Positions 18,532-27,495 of a stretch of DNA of 37,720 nucleotides are shown piece by piece. The stretch comes from a virus. Its lineage: Duplodnaviria; Caudoviricetes. The notes under the pieces are model-generated. The model saw nothing but the letters and a program-made list of their open reading frames with translations, was not told the DNA's origin and searched no databases. Position 1 is the stretch's first letter. Each line of letters begins with the position of its first letter. The stretch covers positions 1 to 37,720 of the IMG/VR virus record IMGVR_UViG_3300032236_001563; one strand, 5' to 3'. Made by a program: the position numbers and the translations under genes.

Positions 18532-19504
18532 GATCAGTATATTTCATTAATTCTGGCTTTCTTTTACTGATTAAAACATCTGTAGCACAATGACAAATAT
18601 GCCAAGGGCATATCACTGGTTTATTAGGCCATTTTATTTCATCTAAATTATTTATGTTACCAATGTAAAATGAGGTACAATTACCTCTTTTAATTTCTCC
18701 GTCTGCAAATATGAATAAAGATTCTAATCCCATTTCACATTCCCAACCAAAGAAATCCGTTAACCCTTGATTGATATAATCAACAGCATCTGCGGATCCA
18801 TCAATTGACCCATCTTCCAAAACAAAATCTGAACCAATATTAGCCCATTTTTTATGGTTTAATTCACCGCTATTATAACCACCAAATCTTGTTTCACCAT
18901 TAAACCATTCTAATTGTTCATTAGTATAATTCAATGTTTCCCTATCTTGTTGAGCCCAATCTAATATTCTAACCGCTTCAACATTGAAGTATTGTGATAA
19001 TTCATTTTGTTTGACAGTATTATACATTTCTAATGCATTATCCCAATGTGTTGGGCTCATCATAATTCTTAACGTACAAAAACAATTTATTATTGAGGCT
19101 TTTATTTTATCAAGCACATTATTTCTATCTCCATATTGTGGATGGTATGAAAAAACAATGTACTGTAGATATTTTGATAACTCGCTAAAATATTCAATAT
19201 TTCTAGTACCATTAGAAGTGATGCCTACAGTGCTACCTCTTTCATGTATCATTTTACATAAATCTAATAAAAATGGTGACATGGTTGGTTCTCCACCTGC
19301 AATTGATACATGAATTTTAGGATATCTCTTAAAAATTTCCTCAAAAAAGGCTTTAACTGCTTCCCATTCATATCCATGGTTATTTCCACTATGTAATGCC
19401 GGCACACAATAGTTACATTTATTAGAACATATGTTGTTTATTACCCAGGTAATTTGTAACACATCTGGGTATTTGTTAATAACTTCTTTAATTGGTATTT
19501 TCAT
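18512..19504 (-). CDS. Radical SAM protein with C-terminal Cys-rich (twitch-like) region
   Basis: CSNKCNYC, AGGEPT, TSNG, SYHP; C-terminal WECEMG...GNC...ICPWHICHCATD. Confidence 0.9.
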   Translation of the reverse strand: MKIPIKEVINKYPDVLQITWVINNICSNKCNYCVPALHSGNNHGYEWEAVKAFFEEIFKRYPKIHVSIAGGEPTMSPFLLDLCKMIHERGSTVGITSNGTRNIEYFSELSKYLQYIVFSYHPQYGDRNNVLDKIKASIINCFCTLRIMMSPTHWDNALEMYNTVKQNELSQYFNVEAVRILDWAQQDRETLNYTNEQLEWFNGETRFGGYNSGELNHKKWANIGSDFVLEDGSIDGSADAVDYINQGLTDFFGWECEMGLESLFIFADGEIKRGNCTSFYIGNINNLDEIKWPNKPVICPWHICHCATDVLISKRKPELMKYTDHDRKIF

Positions 19505-19510
19505 TATTTT

Positions 19511-20491
19511 TTATCCTTTTTCAATTATTTCAATTTTAGAGATTCCAGTTGTTTTACTGAAAACTTCTCTATTCCATCTCATTTTAACATCTTCATCACC
19601 AACAATCCAAGCTCTTTCAGGCCCTGTCGGTAACAACCATTTTTTTCTGTCACTTTCAAATTGTAACATGGCGTCATTTATAATTATCTTACCTAATCTA
19701 TAACGACCTAATGATAATTTATTTAAATTATCTATTGGTGTTTTTGCTTGTAATTCAGGTGTTAATGTAGTATACCATTTGTGGAATCTTTCATTTATTG
19801 TACGGCTCATATCTGGGCCAAAATTCATCCATGTTTCAGCTGCAAATCTAATCTGTGGTCTCACCTCTTCTCTATCAATAACCTCCCAATCATTTTCAGG
19901 CGCAATTGATAACCAATCTTTACCTAATGTGTTATATCCACAATATAAACCACCCCACTCAAATTTATTTTCTAAGAAGTGTTTATCCTCTTCTCTTACT
20001 GGCTCATGTAAACCTGCTGGTAAAAAATCATATAAACAACTAAAATTAGGGTACTTATCTGCTTCACCATGCATTGCGGTTTCAATCATATGAATAAACT
20101 CATTCAACGATAAAAAGTTTTCATGTAATTCATATGACCATCTACCAGCTGCTTGTATGTCTTTTATTCTATCACCATATACTTCAAACTCTTCATGTAA
20201 ATAATTTAATATAACACTATCCAATTGATTCATATCTGTAAATGTTGGTAATGGTTTATCATAATTTTTATTGATAAACTCCAACACTTCATTGATTTTA
20301 CTCATTAAATAACCAATATTACTCATTTCATTATTTGTAACTCTGGCTTTTATTTTCATATTATTTTCAATCGAATATTGGGTCATTTTCAACCAACGAT
20401 CAACAACTGGATTATCATCGTGTAATAAATAATTTATTGGTAAAATTCCGCCATCTTGCATAGTCATTGTGACTGATAATTGTCTGTACAT
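19511..20491 (-). CDS. Hypothetical protein with His/Glu-rich helical motifs, possible metalloenzyme
   Basis: LNYLHEEFE, LHENFLSLNEFIHMIE, GYNTLGKDW; family not identified. Confidence 0.5.
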   Translation of the reverse strand: MYRQLSVTMTMQDGGILPINYLLHDDNPVVDRWLKMTQYSIENNMKIKARVTNNEMSNIGYLMSKINEVLEFINKNYDKPLPTFTDMNQLDSVILNYLHEEFEVYGDRIKDIQAAGRWSYELHENFLSLNEFIHMIETAMHGEADKYPNFSCLYDFLPAGLHEPVREEDKHFLENKFEWGGLYCGYNTLGKDWLSIAPENDWEVIDREEVRPQIRFAAETWMNFGPDMSRTINERFHKWYTTLTPELQAKTPIDNLNKLSLGRYRLGKIIINDAMLQFESDRKKWLLPTGPERAWIVGDEDVKMRWNREVFSKTTGISKIEIIEKG

Positions 20492-20493
20492 AA

Positions 20494-21762
20494 TTAAAAT
20501 AGATTTAAAAGTTCCTTAAATGTTTCTTTATGATTTAGATTTCTGTAAAGATCCATTTTTATGAGATATTCCTCAAACTGATTTAACAAACTAGACTCAT
20601 CTGCTGAATTCATTATGTTTGCCATCTCATTAAAGTTCCATACGTTTAATGTGTCTTTTTTCAATTCAACGTAATCACTTAATTTTTTTGTTATTATTTC
20701 TTTAACATGTTTCGGTAAAATCTTTGTTGATAGATAATGTGGTCCCCACAATACACCTGTGTGGAATATTGTATCGTATTTACTTCTGAATATGATTTTT
20801 CGATAATTCTGCGCTTCTAACCAATCAGCAAACTCAGGTAAATAAAAAATGTTTAATGCCTGAACAGTATACAATATCTTAAATGACATATTATCTGGTG
20901 CATTATCATCATATTGTTTAAGATTGTTTTTTATAACATCAAATTTTGACGGATATCTAATAAATTCAGTTACTTTGTCAATACCATCTATTGATAAGAA
21001 TAATTCAACCTTCTTGAAATTCTTCCATAACTCCATTAATTCTGGGTCGTATATTGTTGCGTTTGTGTGGTAATTAACTTGGATATTTGGAGCATATCCT
21101 CTCTTAACAATTTCCTTAATCATTTCCTTATGCTCTTTGATCAATAAAGGTTCCCCACCAGCAAATATCATCAAACGCATATTGCCACAGCTATCATAAA
21201 AATCTTCTAAAAATTCTTTTCTTTTATACCACTCAAATTTATTCAGATCAATTTCTGACTTATGTTTCCAATCCCATTTAGCATCGGTATTCAACTCAAC
21301 AGACAATTTTTTAGCCTCATTTAACCACTTAGAACTATCTTGAGGTCTACACATTACACAAGCTAGATTGCACGTATTTCCTAATCTAAAATCAAGTGTA
21401 TATAAATCATTATCGATAGACCCATCTTCATGCGTATTTCTAACGATTTCTTCAACCAATTCCTTAGTTAATAAAGTGTCCCATAATCTATTTTCATTTA
21501 ATCTATGGCTTTTAACGCCTACCTCTTCTTCCTTATAACAAACCTCACATGAACTAAATTTCTGACCATTCAATAATGTTTTTCTAGCATTCTTGAAATA
21601 GTCACTGTTCTTCACGTCATTAATCGTATTGTAATTTAAGTTTAATCCACTTTCTGGTTTTGCAACACAACATAAAAGAGCTGTACCGTCAGTATATGTT
21701 GCGGTATGTAACCAAGGTAAAATGCAAAACGTTTTGCTTTGTGATCTATCTTTATTAAGCAT
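20494..21762 (-). CDS. Radical SAM protein with N-terminal SPASM/twitch-like region
   Basis: FCILPW...LCC...CEVC; DFRLGNTCNLACVMC; AGGEPL; TNAT; SIDG. Confidence 0.92.
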   Translation of the reverse strand: MLNKDRSQSKTFCILPWLHTATYTDGTALLCCVAKPESGLNLNYNTINDVKNSDYFKNARKTLLNGQKFSSCEVCYKEEEVGVKSHRLNENRLWDTLLTKELVEEIVRNTHEDGSIDNDLYTLDFRLGNTCNLACVMCRPQDSSKWLNEAKKLSVELNTDAKWDWKHKSEIDLNKFEWYKRKEFLEDFYDSCGNMRLMIFAGGEPLLIKEHKEMIKEIVKRGYAPNIQVNYHTNATIYDPELMELWKNFKKVELFLSIDGIDKVTEFIRYPSKFDVIKNNLKQYDDNAPDNMSFKILYTVQALNIFYLPEFADWLEAQNYRKIIFRSKYDTIFHTGVLWGPHYLSTKILPKHVKEIITKKLSDYVELKKDTLNVWNFNEMANIMNSADESSLLNQFEEYLIKMDLYRNLNHKETFKELLNLF

Positions 21763-23062
21763 AATAATCGTTTAAGTACTGATTTAATTCCACACAAACT
21801 TCCTCAAATTTTTGTTTTCTGTTTTCATCTAAAATCTTAGTATATGCTCTGAAACTATCAACATAGAAATCTGCATTTGCAATTCTATCTTCTTTCAATA
21901 AATTGATAATTGCGTATGTGCTATTTTTAGTCATGTCATGAATTGGTCCTAAGAATTTTGTGTTTAGATAATTTTCAAGCTTTACTTTAGCAGCATCTTT
22001 GATTGGTTGCGGTAAGATTTTAACATCTAAATTTTTAGGTTTAGTATCGATCAAGAAATCAATAAACACATTACTCTTATATCTTTCATTAACATCAAAT
22101 ACATAGTCAATTATTTTATCGATATCAAACATATTGTAAATCTGAACAACTGGTGTTATACCTAATTGTATATTCTTCATTTGTGCTAATCTCTCGAAAT
22201 TTTGACTGATTTTATTCCAATGCGACGGGTATCTGATATAATCATTCATCTCACCAAAACCATCTATACTAGCATTTATTGAAACAGTATCAAATTTGGA
22301 AAGAATATCCAAAAACTTATCAGTTAAATTGGAACAGTTTGTATTGAAGAATAAAACAATATCTTTTCTACCCATTTCAATACACTTTTCCATGAAATAG
22401 TAATTGTTTTCAATCAACGTAGGTTCACCACCAGTCATGTAAACTTTTTTCAAGCTAGGAATTAACGCCTCAACTTGATCCCATAACATTTCACTCTCAA
22501 ACCAAGTACCTTGATCTTTAAGATGAACTGGATTACCACCATATTCAGATTGATAGATTTTTTGATATTCCTCGTTCTTTTCCCATAAATCAAAATGCTC
22601 TTTAGCAATTGAACTTGAATTATATGGGTTACACATCCTACATCTGAAATTACATAAATTACCTAATCTCAAATCAAGATATACTGGAACATCTTCAATT
22701 ATACCATCATTAGCTGCGGCTTCTTTAACTAGAGCCTCAATTTTTTCAGCACCTAATCTCCACACCCATTCTCTAGTCATCATGTCTTTATAACTGTCCC
22801 TACCTATTTTACTTTGTAAGTTACATTTAGAACAAGCTTCCACTTCTTCCCCAGCAATCATCTTCTTTCTAACGTCTCTAACGCTATCAGAATTAAATGC
22901 GTCTAGTAATTTGGAATTGGTTACATGTAAAGTTTTACCGTCTGTTACTAAATCTGTGTTATTTGGTCCCCCTTCAGCTATACAGCAGTACTTAAACTTA
23001 CCGTCGCTGTTTACCATTGTACTTACAAATGGCATTGCGCAAAATGTTTTTGATTTATTCAT
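21755..23062 (-). CDS. Radical SAM protein with N-terminal SPASM/twitch-like region; tandem paralog of 20494-21762
   Basis: FCAMPF...YCC...CSKC; DLRLGNLCNFRCRMC; TGGEPT; SIDG; YIRYPS. Confidence 0.92.
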   Translation of the reverse strand: MNKSKTFCAMPFVSTMVNSDGKFKYCCIAEGGPNNTDLVTDGKTLHVTNSKLLDAFNSDSVRDVRKKMIAGEEVEACSKCNLQSKIGRDSYKDMMTREWVWRLGAEKIEALVKEAAANDGIIEDVPVYLDLRLGNLCNFRCRMCNPYNSSSIAKEHFDLWEKNEEYQKIYQSEYGGNPVHLKDQGTWFESEMLWDQVEALIPSLKKVYMTGGEPTLIENNYYFMEKCIEMGRKDIVLFFNTNCSNLTDKFLDILSKFDTVSINASIDGFGEMNDYIRYPSHWNKISQNFERLAQMKNIQLGITPVVQIYNMFDIDKIIDYVFDVNERYKSNVFIDFLIDTKPKNLDVKILPQPIKDAAKVKLENYLNTKFLGPIHDMTKNSTYAIINLLKEDRIANADFYVDSFRAYTKILDENRKQKFEEVCVELNQYLNDYYA

Positions 23063-23112
23063 AAGAATCCATATTAATATATACCTTTTTTATTCAGTTT
23101 TGTATCCTTAAT

Positions 23113-23964
23113 TTACATGATTTTTCTCATATAATCACTATAAAAACCAAAATTTTCCAAAATAAATTTGTAAGCTTCTGGGTTTTCATCAATTAGTTCA
23201 TTTACTATCCTTTTTCTGTATTCTAATTTATATCTATCACCTGTAAAATGAACACATTTGTTATCCTTGTAATCATCCCAACAATAATATGGGTTAATGT
23301 CGTTTTTATAAATTTGGTTCTTAAATAAGAACTGTTCCAAAAACATGGTAATTAATGGAAATTCATTCAATATTTTATGGTTTTCAACATAAAAATCCCA
23401 AATTTCAATATATACATCTTTAATTATTTGGAACTTATTTCCACCACAAATTGAGACATTTATTGCAAAATCGGTATCAACATTATCCAATAAATAATGA
23501 TTTTTTATTCTTTCTTTCACCTTTTCATATGTTGGTAAATATGTTGGCTGAATAATGGGTTCTGATAAGATTTCTCTATGTGAGAATACCAAATCTTGCT
23601 GTTTTAGAATGTCTAAGTAATCCTTATCATATATTAAAAAATCATGATCTAAATTAATATATGGTTCTGTATTAAGAATTGCTGCCTGTATCTTGTAAAT
23701 GCAATTTTTATGACAAAACTCATAGTTTTGATTTTCAATATATATGTTACCATCAAACAGCTCAATAAATTGATCAAATAGATTTAATGGTTCCAAATAA
23801 CCATAAAATTCCTTTGTTGAATAAAATAGGATTTTATCTTCAGGTGCTTTATATCTTTTTATTTTACTAACGCTTAAAACTAATAAAATAACATCTATTA
23901 AATAGAATTCAGAATCTAATTTTTTATCATCATGTTTAGGTACATAAGTGTATGTAAAATTCAT
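23113..23964 (-). CDS. GT-A-fold glycosyltransferase-like protein (DUF6734-like)
   Basis: PYINLDHDFLI (DxD), INVSICGG, LEQFL, HFTG. Confidence 0.6.
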   Translation of the reverse strand: MNFTYTYVPKHDDKKLDSEFYLIDVILLVLSVSKIKRYKAPEDKILFYSTKEFYGYLEPLNLFDQFIELFDGNIYIENQNYEFCHKNCIYKIQAAILNTEPYINLDHDFLIYDKDYLDILKQQDLVFSHREILSEPIIQPTYLPTYEKVKERIKNHYLLDNVDTDFAINVSICGGNKFQIIKDVYIEIWDFYVENHKILNEFPLITMFLEQFLFKNQIYKNDINPYYCWDDYKDNKCVHFTGDRYKLEYRKRIVNELIDENPEAYKFILENFGFYSDYMRKIM

Positions 23965-23966
23965 AT

Positions 23967-25349
23967 TTAAATTAATTTGGGTTTATTGTTTTCTATGAAT
24001 GATATAAATTCATCAAAAAATTCTTTAGTTGACATGTCTTCCAAAATCATATTGAAATTATATACTAATGTTTCATGCATTTCTTCTAATGTTTTTTCAA
24101 TTTTTGCATCGTCCCACAATGAGATCTCTTCCATTATTTCCACAATTTTCTCAAATCTAGTTTGGAAGTCTAGTTCATCGTAGCTTTCATCCCACCATCT
24201 ATCAAATGTCTTGAAACCATATTCTTTCAATTTTTTTAATGAACCTTTATTACCAATGATAATAAAAGGTTGCAATGTGAAAATTGGTTTTATTATTTTC
24301 TCAGAAAAAAATAATGTATCTTTGGCTGTAATTGTTTCAGTCACAACATTGCAAAATGTCTTGAAATGTGCGTCCAAATTAATTTTATTTGACTGTTCCA
24401 CCTCAAAAGTATCAATATCATATGTGTAGTCATTATTACCATCGTAGTTGTCAATAAAATCAAATAATCTATCACTACCAAATTTATAAGTGGGGTTGAT
24501 AAATCTTCTTATGGCTTGCTTGAAATCTTGTCCTGGTATGATGTTTTTATTACCCAATGTTATAATTGTTTTATCTTTCAATTTTGGATTTGTCATAACT
24601 TCCGCAAAAATATAAACCCTATGGTCATGCGGTTTTCTATTGAAACATAGAAAATGTTTTTCTTTTTTTGTTATTTTTTGTTTTTGTATATTGTTTAATA
24701 ACGCATCTGTATATATTTTTTTAGAACCAGTATTGTGCATTCTATGTGTGAAAAACCATAACCTATGAAAAAAGTAATTAAACCCTATAATATTGAAATT
24801 ATCTTCGATTATACCTTGTTCAACATATTCTTTCTTCATCTGATCAGCTTTCAAGTTAGATGAAACAAAAACAAAATTTTCTTTGGTTAAATTATTTTTT
24901 TTAGAAAAATCAGATAACCATTCGTAACAATGCTGATGCATAAACCATGGTTCAGTAATGTAAAAAATTGCAATTTTACATTTACCTATATTGATGCTGT
25001 TTTTTATTTTTTCAGGGATACTTAATGCTATTTTGCCATCAAATAGATCGTTATTCCATATTAATAATGGATAAATAAAAATTTCATTTTTCATTATTAA
25101 ATTATCGACAGTATCTTGTCTAAATGAATATAGATCATCATTTAGATTAAAACATATTGACCTTCCATTTAAAAAAAGATAATCTTCTTGATCTATCTCT
25201 TTTTGTTTTATTGGTAATTGACCATATTTTTTCACATATACATCAATATCAAATCCATATAATTCCTTAGAGAACATATTTGGGTATGGAACAATCATAT
25301 TACCATTTTCATTAATAACCATAATATCGTCAAACCCAAAATTCATCAT
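23967..25349 (-). CDS. GT-B/GT10-like glycosyltransferase
   Basis: FLCFNRKPHDHR, CNVVTET...FFSEKIIKP...QPFII...LKEYGFKTF..WWDESYD. Confidence 0.65.
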   Translation of the reverse strand: MMNFGFDDIMVINENGNMIVPYPNMFSKELYGFDIDVYVKKYGQLPIKQKEIDQEDYLFLNGRSICFNLNDDLYSFRQDTVDNLIMKNEIFIYPLLIWNNDLFDGKIALSIPEKIKNSINIGKCKIAIFYITEPWFMHQHCYEWLSDFSKKNNLTKENFVFVSSNLKADQMKKEYVEQGIIEDNFNIIGFNYFFHRLWFFTHRMHNTGSKKIYTDALLNNIQKQKITKKEKHFLCFNRKPHDHRVYIFAEVMTNPKLKDKTIITLGNKNIIPGQDFKQAIRRFINPTYKFGSDRLFDFIDNYDGNNDYTYDIDTFEVEQSNKINLDAHFKTFCNVVTETITAKDTLFFSEKIIKPIFTLQPFIIIGNKGSLKKLKEYGFKTFDRWWDESYDELDFQTRFEKIVEIMEEISLWDDAKIEKTLEEMHETLVYNFNMILEDMSTKEFFDEFISFIENNKPKLI

Positions 25350-26089
25350 GCTAAAAATTCTTTTGGTACTAATTCTAAAAAATGGGAATACTTTGAATTA
25401 TCAAAAATTATCCCGTAATTATTTATTAAATCAAAATCATATAAACCAATAATATCGTTATAATAAGATTTTGTTGGTAGTTCGTGATAATCAATATTTA
25501 ATAATGAAATCGCATTATCAAATGAATCGTTATCTTTTATTATAGATAAATGTTTAATTTCAATTTCACTAAAGCATTTATCTTTTAAATCAAATGCACC
25601 TGGGTTTAAACATCCGATATAAAGTGGTGCATTTCTATAATCTTCGATTAAATTGCTGCAGTCGTATGTGTAGTTGGCCACAATAACATTATCACAATAA
25701 AATATTAATTCATTTGTTTGTTTAATAATCAAAATGGTAACGCCGTCATTTACCATTTTTGAATTCACCTTATCGATTATAACACAATGAAATTTTATTT
25801 CGTCTTTATCATCTATTGTTCTAAATTCAAATACTAATGAATTAATGGAATAATCAAAATTCAAACCAAAATTTTGTCCAGCTTTACCAAAAATACCTGC
25901 TTTAATATCTTTATTATTTGTTTCAAGTATCTTGAATGAACATAGGATGGTATATTTTTCATCATATAAAAAATTAACAGCTAATTCGCTATCTTTTTTA
26001 TTAAAAGGTGTGACAAATTGATGTTCATTATGGGTTTCTAAATCCCAAGAATATTTTAACCAATACGGTTTTTTATAATCTATTTTCAT
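25346..26089 (-). CDS. Stand-alone LamG/ConA-like beta-sandwich protein
   Basis: Beta-strand pattern IFGKAGQNFGLNF, LIFYCDN, PLYIG, IIGLYDFD...IFDNS; resembles the inserts of the GT7 genes. Confidence 0.55.
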   Translation of the reverse strand: MKIDYKKPYWLKYSWDLETHNEHQFVTPFNKKDSELAVNFLYDEKYTILCSFKILETNNKDIKAGIFGKAGQNFGLNFDYSINSLVFEFRTIDDKDEIKFHCVIIDKVNSKMVNDGVTILIIKQTNELIFYCDNVIVANYTYDCSNLIEDYRNAPLYIGCLNPGAFDLKDKCFSEIEIKHLSIIKDNDSFDNAISLLNIDYHELPTKSYYNDIIGLYDFDLINNYGIIFDNSKYSHFLELVPKEFLA

Positions 26090-27495
26090 TGTTTACCAAT
26101 TTTTTCAATAAATGGTTTTAGTTCAGGAAAATATTCAATACAATTTAACCCTCTTCGAATTTCGTATTGAATTATAAATTGCTTAAAATTATTTAAATCG
26201 GTATAAAAAACATCATTTTTTTCAAACTCCTTTGTGAAATAATCTTTTAAGCGTGTAATTTTTTCAATTTCTTTTAATGAAAACCCAACATCCTCAATTG
26301 ATTGTGGTTGATTAAAATTAAGACTTCTATACGTAGAATTGAATTTCATGAATTTTTCAAATCTTTCAAAATAATCCTCGTTAATAAAATCTGATAATAA
26401 TGTGTAACTTAAAAAATTTGGGTGTCTTAAATAAGACGTATCCAAAATTATTGCTGAATTCCAATATCTCTTAGTATTGAAATATTTTAATTTTAAATCA
26501 TATATCTTTTTGATAAGTTTTTCATATGAAAACACACTAAAAATATTAAACGTTGACATTACAACAATCGTTACCTTATCTAATTTAGATAATATCTTTT
26601 CAATATTATTGAACAATCTGTTGAAATCTAACCCATATCTAACATATTCAGCCTGTGCTCCGTAAGTGTCGCATGATGTGTATATAATACATTCTCTTAC
26701 TTTACCTTTGTTTGTTAATATTCCAACTTTCTCAATCAACTTATCAATTAACTCATCTTCAACACCTAAGTTACTATTAATAGATAATTTCAGATTTTTG
26801 TTTGGATCATAATTTAATATGATGTCGTCCAAGATTTTCCAGAAGTCTTTAGATAATAAAGGTTCTCCCCCTGTTATTCTGAAGGTATCCAAATTGTTAT
26901 ATAATTTAGGCCACCAATCCCAAAATGCATCAACGTATGGATTTGGATCAGAGTGCTTGTATGGTTTAGTTTTATTTTTTTCAATCTCAGCTAAACCATT
27001 ATATTCAATTGATGGTAAGTTATATCCACCATGTTTATTTATTTCTTCCATCCATTTGGATGAATATAAAGGACCACAATATGCACACTTGAAATTACAT
27101 ACATTAGAGAAGCTAACTTCAACATATTTTGGTGTATAGTCTTCTCTCCAATGTAAATTACTTATTTCTTCATAATATGGTTCAGACCATGGTTCAGATG
27201 ACTTAAATATTCTATCTGAAAATGATGTTGAATTGTCCTCAATATTCCAGCAGTACTGACATTCAGATGGTCTTTTACCATCTAACATCTCTTTTCTGGC
27301 TAACTTCTTGATTTTACTATTATGTAATGCTGTTGGGTTTCTTTCTAACTCTTCTAAACTGATTTTATGTGGTGACGGGTGATGGCATGAATGTGTCATT
27401 CCATTATGTAAATGCATTGTTACCTGCGTCCATTTTGCTAAACAAAATCCGCACCCGATCTTATCCAATTTTATTTTAGTTTCGTTGAATCCCAT
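26086..27495 (-). CDS. Radical SAM protein with N-terminal Cys/His-rich region
   Basis: FCLAKW...HSCHHP...CQYC; EVSFSNVCNFKCAYC; TGGEPL; NSNL. Confidence 0.92.
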   Translation of the reverse strand: MGFNETKIKLDKIGCGFCLAKWTQVTMHLHNGMTHSCHHPSPHKISLEELERNPTALHNSKIKKLARKEMLDGKRPSECQYCWNIEDNSTSFSDRIFKSSEPWSEPYYEEISNLHWREDYTPKYVEVSFSNVCNFKCAYCGPLYSSKWMEEINKHGGYNLPSIEYNGLAEIEKNKTKPYKHSDPNPYVDAFWDWWPKLYNNLDTFRITGGEPLLSKDFWKILDDIILNYDPNKNLKLSINSNLGVEDELIDKLIEKVGILTNKGKVRECIIYTSCDTYGAQAEYVRYGLDFNRLFNNIEKILSKLDKVTIVVMSTFNIFSVFSYEKLIKKIYDLKLKYFNTKRYWNSAIILDTSYLRHPNFLSYTLLSDFINEDYFERFEKFMKFNSTYRSLNFNQPQSIEDVGFSLKEIEKITRLKDYFTKEFEKNDVFYTDLNNFKQFIIQYEIRRGLNCIEYFPELKPFIEKIGKQ

